DNA of 64,000 nucleotides from an uncultured Francisellaceae bacterium (GTDB lineage Bacteria; Pseudomonadota; Gammaproteobacteria; UBA6186; Azoamicaceae): NCBI GenBank assembly GCA_903827925.1, contig CAIKKE010000048.1, positions 2,409 to 66,408 of the forward strand, read 5' to 3'. Shown piece by piece: positions 12,462 to 20,660 of this stretch (position 1 is its first letter; each line of letters starts with the position of its first letter). The notes under the pieces were generated by a model. It saw only the letters and a program-made list of their open reading frames with translations, ran no database searches and was not told where the DNA came from. The position numbers and the translations under genes were made by a program.

Positions 12462-12577
12462 AAAAATTCATCCTTTAAGTTTAAGATCAAACAATTGAAA
12501 TTTTTATAACTTTATAATAATTAAAACTTAGATCTGTATAACTTGTATACAAATTGTATATGACACTTTACATATGT

Positions 12578-12604
12578 TGTGGAAAAAGTCCACTATTTTC
12601 CACA
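12578..12604. promoter_or_regulatory. inverted pair of near-consensus DnaA boxes
   Basis: TGTGGAAAA (12578-12586) and TTTTCCACA (12596-12604), each one mismatch from TTATCCACA. A further ATGTCCACA lies at 12624-12632. Confidence 0.55.
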
Positions 12605-12712
12605 AATAAGCTTAAAGTTATATATGTCCACAACTTATACATAAACAAATGCTATTATATTCCCAAACTTATATACAAACAAAGAATTATTATTTTATAG
12701 CGTTCTTTATGG

Positions 12713-12721
12713 TTATCCACA
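12713..12721 (+). promoter_or_regulatory. consensus DnaA box TTATCCACA
   Basis: Exact 9-mer read in sequence (ggTTATCCACAgaa). Confidence 0.7.
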
Positions 12722-12769
12722 GAAATGATGTTGTTATATAATAACAATAAGTTTAATAAATAAAAATTA

Positions 12770-12806
12770 TTATTATTATTAGTTTTTAATTTCGTAGAAC
12801 TGAATT
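12770..12806. repeat. terminal fragment of the MITE-like repeat family
   Basis: attattagtttttaatttcgtagaactgaattt matches the right end of the full copies (tattagctttttaatttcgtcgaactgaggtt). Confidence 0.55.
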
Positions 12807-12890
12807 TACTAACAAACAAGAGTAATTAATCTATATTAATAAACCACTAAATGTAAGTTAATTACTTAATATTTACCTAATAATCGTTAT

Positions 12891-13013
12891 AACCTCAGTT
12901 CGACGAAATTAAAAAGCCTAGAAAATCATTAAGGACCTATCAAGTTTTTCCTTATGTTTGATTGTTAAACACGAGAAAAACTATTAGCTTTTTAATTTCG
13001 TCGAACCGAGGTT
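12891..13013. mobile_element. MITE-like palindromic repeat, full copy A (123 bp)
   Basis: aacctcagttcgacgaaattaaaaagc ... gctttttaatttcgtcgaaccgaggtt; about 26-bp terminal inverted repeats. Near-identical to the copy at 22931-23053 in opposite orientation. Confidence 0.85.
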
Positions 13014-13089
13014 TATAAGATGTTAGTTAATAGTAGGTATTCCTGGGGAAAACTTTAATATTCTTGGAATATATTTACATATACTCTTT

Positions 13090-13098
13090 TTATCCACA
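13090..13098 (+). promoter_or_regulatory. consensus DnaA box TTATCCACA
   Basis: Exact 9-mer (cttttTTATCCACAgtt). Confidence 0.7.
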
Positions 13099-13176
13099 GT
13101 TAAATAATATCTTATACAGCTTAAAGCAACAGACTTGCTTTTTGTTTATTTGCTGTTAATTACAGCGGTTTTACGG

Positions 13177-13185
13177 TTATCCACA
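13177..13185 (+). promoter_or_regulatory. consensus DnaA box TTATCCACA
   Basis: Exact 9-mer (acggTTATCCACAatt), directly followed by the AT-rich tract (candidate DNA unwinding element). Confidence 0.7.
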
Positions 13186-13592
13186 ATTAAAGCTTCTGTT
13201 AATAAAAATAATAAACTTTAATATTTTAAATAAATAATTATTATTAGTTAATAAACACTTTAAATTTTTTGGTTAGTAATTTTTCGATTTTAATTAATAA
13301 AAATAAATATTAATTTTTATATATAACAAAAACTATAATTATAACCTTAAGATATTTGTTAACAGGGGGGCAAAAATTAAGGTTACTTGAAAAGTGAGGT
13401 TAAAATTAGTTTAATCTCGCTTGTTTTTTAGTCGATCAATTAACACAATTTGTTTGTTGGCTTTATGTTGTTGTGTGTAAAATATTAATTACATCATTTC
13501 TATAGTATAATAAATAATATTATGGTTAATATAAATTTTATAAATACTAATAAAATATAAATAAATTAATATAAACGGGAAAGCTAAGTTGT

Positions 13593-15419
13593 ATGCCTAC
13601 TAACGACATAAAAAAAAATCAATTAATAATTAAGATTTTATTTTTATTAATTAAAAATAAAATAAATAGTTCTATTTTTAGAAAAAATGATGCTGATGTT
13701 TATTTTGATGTTTATGCTGATGCTGATGAAGTTGAAGATGAATGGAAAGACTTAAAGACTAAAGAGTTATCAGAATTACAAGAAATGTATCGTAAATTAG
13801 CTACAAGCAGTAGTATTAATACCCACCAACATAAACAAATACCAGTTCAATATTTTAATTATGACGATGGTAATTATGGGATTTTTGGAATGTTAAAGCC
13901 ACTTATTAATCTGGTAAAATCTTTTTTTGGTTATAATAGCTCCAATGCTGAAGGTGGATTTATTGGACAATTATATAAATCTCTTAGCAATATTAGAATT
14001 TCTTTAAATCCAGAAACTTCTTTAACCTCAGAAGAAAAGGAACTTTCCAAATATAGTAAGTTATTTAATATGGCTGCAAGTCAACCATACAAATCATTTA
14101 ATAAACATTATAGAGAATTAGTTAAAAATAATTCTACTGAAAAACAAATATTAAAGAATTTTTTTAAATTAATTGAAAATGACAGTGAAGTTGATTCTAA
14201 GAAAAATCATTTCCTTTTATTCCAACAAGCTGAAAAAGAATTATTAGGTGGAAAAATTACAGCTGAAAAAATGTCGAAAATATTACCTAAAAGAGTTGAG
14301 GAAAATTTAAATAAAGTACTTAAAGTGTACTTGGTTATTTCTGATAAGACTGAGGATGAGTTAAATGATTTAACAACCGAATCTGAAAAGAAAATTGCTG
14401 CAGTTAAAATTATAATAAAAAACTTGGTAAAAAAAATAATTGAAAAAGAATCAGAATTAGAAAAATTTAGATTAGAAAATAAATCAGAAGAAAATAAAAT
14501 TAAATATGAACTTTACCAAAGTATTTCAAAATACAAGAAAAAATTATATAGCTTTATACTAAGAACAGATGCTTGGGCAGTGGGGGAAACTCTTCATAAA
14601 GATAAAGTTTTTGATATAGATTATATAAAAAAGCAATTTGATAAATTTCCAAATAAAGATAAAGATACTAACGATGAAGGTAAATTAGCTAATTATAATT
14701 TTGAAGAAGAAATCAAACTTAAAGGAGTATTAAAGTTATTTGAAGATAATAGCGATAATCTTAAAAAAGATATTGAATATCAAGAAAATATTAAAATTTG
14801 TAAAAAAGAAAAAATTAAAGAATATTTATTAAATAATATTGCAGCATCTATAAAGTCATTTAATTATTTAAGTGGTGTTCAATCAGGTAAAAGCTATGAA
14901 ATTGAATCTTTAAGCTCAATTTGGCGGCAAATACCATATTTAAGAACAATTTCTCCGCAAGCACAATCAAAAATCTTAGAGACAGCAGACAAATATAGCA
15001 AGTTAACCGGTGAAACCCAAGAGATTTTGGTTAATATGAATGACTTTAAATACAGAATTATTTCATTGTTATGTGATTATTATAAGATGGAAAATATTTC
15101 TGAAAGTGTTGAAGATGAAGAGGATGAAATCAAGCAAAAAATAAAAGAATTTATACAACATTTATCTCCTACTATTATGTATGAAAATTTAGATGATATA
15201 ATAGAAAGAAAATTTTCAGCTGATACTCCACAAATAGTAGAAGACAATATTAAAGAAAATGATGTTAAATACTTTAATACATTAGAAAAATTGAAATTTT
15301 TTGCTAGCAAATTAAACGATGAAGCAAATACTTTTGTAAATTCCCTGAAAGTGGATAATAAGCCTAACAACATTAGAGCTCCATCATTCAACAGACCTGG
15401 CGTTCCTGTTCCAAGTTAA
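13593..15419 (+). CDS. hypothetical Lys/Glu-rich protein (effector candidate)
   Basis: 608-aa uninterrupted ORF. Predicted long helical/coiled-coil composition. No recognisable catalytic motif. Confidence 0.6.
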   Translation: MPTNDIKKNQLIIKILFLLIKNKINSSIFRKNDADVYFDVYADADEVEDEWKDLKTKELSELQEMYRKLATSSSINTHQHKQIPVQYFNYDDGNYGIFGMLKPLINLVKSFFGYNSSNAEGGFIGQLYKSLSNIRISLNPETSLTSEEKELSKYSKLFNMAASQPYKSFNKHYRELVKNNSTEKQILKNFFKLIENDSEVDSKKNHFLLFQQAEKELLGGKITAEKMSKILPKRVEENLNKVLKVYLVISDKTEDELNDLTTESEKKIAAVKIIIKNLVKKIIEKESELEKFRLENKSEENKIKYELYQSISKYKKKLYSFILRTDAWAVGETLHKDKVFDIDYIKKQFDKFPNKDKDTNDEGKLANYNFEEEIKLKGVLKLFEDNSDNLKKDIEYQENIKICKKEKIKEYLLNNIAASIKSFNYLSGVQSGKSYEIESLSSIWRQIPYLRTISPQAQSKILETADKYSKLTGETQEILVNMNDFKYRIISLLCDYYKMENISESVEDEEDEIKQKIKEFIQHLSPTIMYENLDDIIERKFSADTPQIVEDNIKENDVKYFNTLEKLKFFASKLNDEANTFVNSLKVDNKPNNIRAPSFNRPGVPVPS

Positions 15420-15433
15420 AAATCTGGTTATTT

Positions 15434-16858
15434 ATGTTTAAAAATTATCTCCATAAGTATTTATCTAAAAAAATGCTAAGCATATTTTTGCTTGGCTTTT
15501 CTTCTGGATTACCATTGTGTTTAACTGTTAGCTTATTACAAACTTGGTTTAAGGTTAGCGGTATAGATATAGTATCGATTAGCTTTATGAGCTTAATCGG
15601 GCAACCGTATGTATATAAATTTTTATGGTCTCCATATTTAGATCGTTATAGCTCTCCGATCTTTAAATTTATGGATCAAAGAAAAGGTTGGATTTTAACT
15701 ACTCAGCTTTTAATAATTTTAAATATTATGTTTATGGGTAGATTAGATCCTAAAATTTCTCCATGGATCTTAAGTGCATTAGGTTTATTATTAGCTTTTT
15801 TTTCGGCTAGCCAAGATTTAGTTATTGATGCATATAAAATAGAAATTTTAGATCCAGATGAGCGAGGTTTGGGAGCAGCTATTGGGATTGAAGGTTATAG
15901 ATTGGCAATGTTAGTATCAGGAGCAGGTGGATTAATTTTAGCTGATCACTTAGGATGGAGACAGGCATATTTTATTATGGCATCTTTAATGTCTGTAGGG
16001 GTTGTAGGAACCTTAATTGCTTATGATACTACCACCTATAATACTGCTGATAGAACAGACAGTGATAGGAATATAAATAATAGTAATAAGCTTGTATCTG
16101 ATCAAAAATCAATCTGGTTTAAATCAATCTGGTTTAAATTAAGTTGGTTTAAATTAAGTTGGTTTAAATTAAAATCAATCTTAGTAGAAATGTTGATTCC
16201 ATTAAAACAATTTTTAAGTAAAGAAAAATCTGGATATTTTATTTTATTAATTATTTTATATAAATTAGGCGATGTATTATCTCATTCTTTGACTAATCAA
16301 TTTTTGCTAGATTTAAATTTTAGTTTAACTGCTATTGGTACAATTAATAAACTAGTTACTTTAGCTGCAAGTTTAATCGGAGTAATGTTAGCTGGAATAT
16401 TAATGACTAAGATTAATTTATTTCAAGCAATGTTATTTTTTGGTTGTCTCCAAGCGGTTACTAATTTATTATATATTCTATTAGCAATAGTAGGAAAAGA
16501 TTATTATTTAGCGATAGCAGTGTTTTTTTTGGAGAATTTATGTGGAGGTATGGGTACCAGCGCTTTAGTAGCACTATTAATGGGGTTATGTGATAAGCAA
16601 TATTCGGCTACACAATTTGCTTTATTATCTTCTATAGCATCAATTGCCAGAATTTATATAGGGCCTATTGCTGGTATTTTAGTTAAATATTTAGGTTGGA
16701 AGATTTTTTATATTTATTCAACTATTGCAGCTATTCCAGGGATTATATTGATTATATGTTTAAGATCTAAAATTATTGCTTGCGATAGAAGAAATAATCA
16801 GTTCATTTTTGATAAACAAGAAGGATTATCTGTAAATGCAGAACCTACAAATGCATGA
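15434..16858 (+). CDS. ampG: muropeptide MFS permease AmpG
   Basis: [54 protein letters not shown] is collinear with the E. coli AmpG N-terminus. Multiple TM helices. Confidence 0.9.
   Translation: MFKNYLHKYLSKKMLSIFLLGFSSGLPLCLTVSLLQTWFKVSGIDIVSISFMSLIGQPYVYKFLWSPYLDRYSSPIFKFMDQRKGWILTTQLLIILNIMFMGRLDPKISPWILSALGLLLAFFSASQDLVIDAYKIEILDPDERGLGAAIGIEGYRLAMLVSGAGGLILADHLGWRQAYFIMASLMSVGVVGTLIAYDTTTYNTADRTDSDRNINNSNKLVSDQKSIWFKSIWFKLSWFKLSWFKLKSILVEMLIPLKQFLSKEKSGYFILLIILYKLGDVLSHSLTNQFLLDLNFSLTAIGTINKLVTLAASLIGVMLAGILMTKINLFQAMLFFGCLQAVTNLLYILLAIVGKDYYLAIAVFFLENLCGGMGTSALVALLMGLCDKQYSATQFALLSSIASIARIYIGPIAGILVKYLGWKIFYIYSTIAAIPGIILIICLRSKIIACDRRNNQFIFDKQEGLSVNAEPTNA
16106..16180 (+). repeat. 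in-frame 15-bp tandem repeat inside ampG
   Basis: aaatcaatctggttt x2, then aaattaagttggttt x2, then a degenerate fifth unit. Encodes [25 protein letters not shown] in the central loop. Confidence 0.9.
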
Positions 16859-17780
16859 AAATTATATAGAAAAACAATTGTCTACAATTATTACTTTTCA
16901 ACAAATTATTAATAAATTACAGCAATATTGGCAGCAGCAAGGATGTGTTATTTTACAACCTATGGATCTAGAAGTGGGAGCTGGGACTTTTCATCCAGCA
17001 ACTTTTTTAAGATCAATTGGTCCTGAACCTTGGAGTTGCGCTCATGTACAAGCTTCTAGAAGACCTGCAGATGGAAGATATGGAGAACATCCCAATCGTA
17101 ATCAGCAATTTTTTCAGTATCAAGTTATTATTAAACCTTCTCCAATTAATATTCAAAATTTATATCTAGATTCGTTAAAAGAGTTAGGTATAGATCCCAT
17201 ACAACATGATATTAGATTTGTAGAAGATAATTGGGAAGGGCCAACTTTAGGAGCTGCTGGTTTAGGGTGGGAGGTTTGGTTAAATGGAATGGAAATTACC
17301 CAATTTACCTATTTTAAGCAAATGGGAGGTTTAAAGTGTAAGCCGATTACTGTAGAAATTGCATATGGTATCGAAAGGATTGCCATGTATTTACAAAATA
17401 AAGACACAATTAAAGACTTAATCTGGACATATAATTCAGATAATATGCCAATTTATTATGCTGATGTATATCAGAACGAAAGAGCAATGTCATGTTATAA
17501 TTTTCAAGTTGCTAATATTGAGATGTTAATTAACCATTTCAAAGATTATGAAGCAGAGTCTATTGCTTGTTTAGATAAAGGTTTAGTAGCTCCTGCTTAT
17601 GAATTTGTGTTAAAAGCTTCGCATATTTTTAATTTATTAGATGCAAGAGGAGCTATAGGGGTTACTCAAAGGCAAGATTATATTTTAAGGGTGAGAAAAT
17701 TAGCTAAACAAGTAGCAGAAAAATATTATTCTATAAGAGAAGATTTAGGTTTTCCATTATGCAAAAACATCAAGATTTAA
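16836..17780 (+). CDS. glyQ: glycine--tRNA ligase alpha subunit
   Basis: [40 protein letters not shown]. The start may instead be the ATG at 16851. Confidence 0.96.
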   Translation: MQNLQMHENYIEKQLSTIITFQQIINKLQQYWQQQGCVILQPMDLEVGAGTFHPATFLRSIGPEPWSCAHVQASRRPADGRYGEHPNRNQQFFQYQVIIKPSPINIQNLYLDSLKELGIDPIQHDIRFVEDNWEGPTLGAAGLGWEVWLNGMEITQFTYFKQMGGLKCKPITVEIAYGIERIAMYLQNKDTIKDLIWTYNSDNMPIYYADVYQNERAMSCYNFQVANIEMLINHFKDYEAESIACLDKGLVAPAYEFVLKASHIFNLLDARGAIGVTQRQDYILRVRKLAKQVAEKYYSIREDLGFPLCKNIKI

Positions 17781-19870
17781 TTATTGAAATTGGTACCGAA
17801 GAATTACCACCTATGTTTATTAACCAAATTGTATCTACATTTAGGGAACAATTGATTAAGCAATTCAGTCTTAAAAATTTAACATTTTATCGAGCAACTC
17901 CATTTGCAACACCTAGAAGGTTTGCTGTATTAATAGAGCAATTATCTATAAAACAATCAGAACAATTAAAAATCAAAAAAGGACCATCTATAACTGTTGC
18001 GTATGATGAAAATGGTTGTCCTACTAAAGCTTTATTGGGATTTGTTAATTCTTTAAATATTGAGCTTAATCAATTAAATATCGTAACTGATGAACATAAA
18101 AAATCTAGTTGGGTAGAATATCAAGAAAAAACTCCAGGAGAACTTACTATTGATTTATTGCCAGAAATTATTACTGCTTCAATTAAAGATCTTCCTGGTC
18201 CTAAAATGTCTTGGGGGGAAGGGGAAGTAATTTTTGCAAGACCAGTTCATTGGGTGTTAGCATTGTTTGGTTCTAAACTTGTAGATTGTAGCTTATTTGG
18301 GGTTAGATCAAATAATCTTACTTATGGTCATAGATTTATGGTTGCTAAACCAATTAAAATTAATGATCCCTTAGAATATCAGCAGAAATTACAAAGTATG
18401 GGGCAGGTGGTTGCGGATTTTAATCAAAGAAAACAATTAATTATATCAGGGATCCAACAAATAGAAACAGAGCTTAATGCTAGATGTATGTTAGATGAAA
18501 ATTTGTTGGAGCAAGTTACTAATATGGTGGAATATCCAGTAGTATTATGTGCAAGTTTTTCTGAAAAATTTCTACAATTACCTTATGAATGTTTAATTTT
18601 AGTGATGAAGTATCATCAAAAAAGTTTTGCTTTAATGGATCGTAATAACAAATTACTACCAAAATTTATTATAATCAGCAATATCAAAACCAAAGATTAT
18701 AATAATATTATATTAGGCAATCAAAAAGTAATGCACGCCAGATTAGAAGATGCAATGTTTTTATATACCCAAGATCTAAAAACTCCTATTTCTGCAATGC
18801 TGGAAAAACTTAAAACAGTTATTTTGCAAGAAAAACTAGGAGATCTATATAAACAATCAACAATAATTCAAAAGATTGCAATTAAAATTTGTAATTTATT
18901 GCAAGGCAATATTGAACAGCAATTAGCAACCAAGCAAGCAGGAATATTATGTAAATTTGATTTGGTTTCTAATCTGGTTTTGGAATTTCCAGAATTACAA
19001 GGGATAATGGGTGGGCATTATTTAAAATTACAGCAATTTGATGAACAAACAGCAACAGCAGTTACTGAGCATTATTGGCCTAAATTTGCTGAAGATTTAC
19101 TACCTGTAACTTTGCCTGGGACCTGTGTGGCATTAGCTTATAGATTAAATTTATTATGTGGAATGTTTTTAATCGGCATTATACCAACGGGAGACAAAGA
19201 TCCTTTTGGTTTACGTAGAGCTTGTTTAGGTATTATTAGAATATTAACAGAAAAACAATTATCTTTAAATTTTGTAGAATTATTTGAAATTACTATAGCT
19301 ATTTATCAAGAAGAGATATATGTAAAAGAAAATGTAACTATTGAGGATCAGTTAATAGAATTTACTTTAGAAAGATTGAAAAATTGGTATATAACGAATA
19401 TAAATAATTTAAACATTAATTTTTTATATGCGGTTTTTAATCAAAAAAATTATAATTTATATGATTTGGATTTAAGATTAAAAGCTTTAATTGAATTTAG
19501 TATGGTGGAAGGATTTGATAATTTAATTGCAGCCAACAAGAGAATAGTTAATTTTTTAGATAAATTAGAACCAACATTTTTGGTAAACTGTAATAATCAA
19601 ATTGTAAATATTAAGTTATTTAAAACCGAGGAAGAGCAACTGTTGTATCAAGGTTTAACAGATTTACAAGAAATCATTCAACCATTATTAAAAGCACAAA
19701 ATTATTCTTTAGTATTGCGTAAGTTGATTACTTTAATACCATTGATTGATAATTTTTTTGATAAAGTCATGGTTGTAGTGCCTGATGAAAAACTTAAAAA
19801 TAATCGCATATGTTTATTATTAAAATTAAAAATATTGTTTTCTCAATTAGCTGATCTTGAAAAAATATGA
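17759..19870 (+). CDS. glyS: glycine--tRNA ligase beta subunit
   Basis: 703 aa. [13 protein letters not shown]-terminus, [11 protein letters not shown] block. Overlaps the glyQ stop. Confidence 0.95.
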   Translation: MQKHQDLIIEIGTEELPPMFINQIVSTFREQLIKQFSLKNLTFYRATPFATPRRFAVLIEQLSIKQSEQLKIKKGPSITVAYDENGCPTKALLGFVNSLNIELNQLNIVTDEHKKSSWVEYQEKTPGELTIDLLPEIITASIKDLPGPKMSWGEGEVIFARPVHWVLALFGSKLVDCSLFGVRSNNLTYGHRFMVAKPIKINDPLEYQQKLQSMGQVVADFNQRKQLIISGIQQIETELNARCMLDENLLEQVTNMVEYPVVLCASFSEKFLQLPYECLILVMKYHQKSFALMDRNNKLLPKFIIISNIKTKDYNNIILGNQKVMHARLEDAMFLYTQDLKTPISAMLEKLKTVILQEKLGDLYKQSTIIQKIAIKICNLLQGNIEQQLATKQAGILCKFDLVSNLVLEFPELQGIMGGHYLKLQQFDEQTATAVTEHYWPKFAEDLLPVTLPGTCVALAYRLNLLCGMFLIGIIPTGDKDPFGLRRACLGIIRILTEKQLSLNFVELFEITIAIYQEEIYVKENVTIEDQLIEFTLERLKNWYITNINNLNINFLYAVFNQKNYNLYDLDLRLKALIEFSMVEGFDNLIAANKRIVNFLDKLEPTFLVNCNNQIVNIKLFKTEEEQLLYQGLTDLQEIIQPLLKAQNYSLVLRKLITLIPLIDNFFDKVMVVVPDEKLKNNRICLLLKLKILFSQLADLEKI

Positions 19871-20418
19871 AAATAATAATTTTAGATAGAGATGGAGTAA
19901 TTAATCAAGAATTTCCTAATCAATGTGTGGTTAAAGAAGAAAAATTTATTCCGATCCCTAAAAGCCTAGAGGCAATTGCAGCATTAAAGCAAGCTGGGTA
20001 TATTGTGGTTGTTGCCACGAATCAATCTATAATTGCTAAAAAAATAGTTAGTATAAAAGAATTAGAAAAAATCCATAATAAATTACAAAATTTATTAGCA
20101 ATATATAAGGTTAAAATTGATAAGATTTTTTTTTGTCCCCACCAAAAATCTGACAATTGTGAGTGTCGCAAACCAAATCCAGGAATGTTATTGGAAATTG
20201 CTCAAGAATATCAAGTAGATTTCAAACTAAATTCAATTCATTTTGTTGGAGATTCTTTGTCAGATCTTCTGGCGGCAAAATCTGTAGGCGCTATACCAGT
20301 TTTAGTTAAAACCGGTAAAGGTTGTCATACTATGCATGATGAGTGTATATACAATTTTCAAAATTTATTAATATTCGAAGATTTATATGATTTTACGAAT
20401 TATTTACTAAAAAAATAA
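19867..20418 (+). CDS. gmhB: D-glycero-beta-D-manno-heptose-1,7-bisphosphate 7-phosphatase (HAD IIIA)
   Basis: ILDRDGVIN (DxDG), ATNQS, CxCRKPNPGML, VGDSLSDL. Confidence 0.85.
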   Translation: MKIIILDRDGVINQEFPNQCVVKEEKFIPIPKSLEAIAALKQAGYIVVVATNQSIIAKKIVSIKELEKIHNKLQNLLAIYKVKIDKIFFCPHQKSDNCECRKPNPGMLLEIAQEYQVDFKLNSIHFVGDSLSDLLAAKSVGAIPVLVKTGKGCHTMHDECIYNFQNLLIFEDLYDFTNYLLKK

Positions 20419-20660
20419 TATTAAATTAGCATATGCACTTTAGTTCAGGGAATATGCACGAATAGTTTCTAATAATTCTTGTTTTTGTTTATTGAGACGC
20501 TAAAAACCTAACAAGATTTTTTTTCTGAAAATAACAAGATATTTAATCAAAAAATTTTATATGTTTGGTACGAAACGAGGGTTATATGTGTTTTTTTTCG
20601 CAAAATACATGCTACATTAATAAATGTATATAACTAAAATAAAAAAACAGGAGCTATATT

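Larger units (their letters stand above)
12462..13400. promoter_or_regulatory. putative oriC / dnaA control region
   Basis: 1.1 kb without a credible ORF, immediately upstream of dnaA. Three perfect TTATCCACA boxes plus three near-consensus boxes and an extremely AT-rich tract at about 13196-13350. The coding-strand switch is centred here. Confidence 0.65.

Noticed and set aside
12891-13013. gttcgacgaaatt and gttcgaac-like strings in the repeat considered as tRNA T-arm remnants; the repeat considered as a mere terminator hairpin
   Set aside because: No cloverleaf can be drawn. The element is about 123 bp with conserved internal sequence, it occurs in both orientations and as half copies, and it occurs inside a coding 3' end. 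It behaves as a dispersed repeat, although it may also terminate transcription.
12888-13017. Target-site duplication for the MITE (TAT/TTAT flanking copy A)
   Set aside because: Copy B (flanks cttag / ggaag) and the half copy show no matching duplication. In A/T-rich DNA a 3-4-nt match is not significant.
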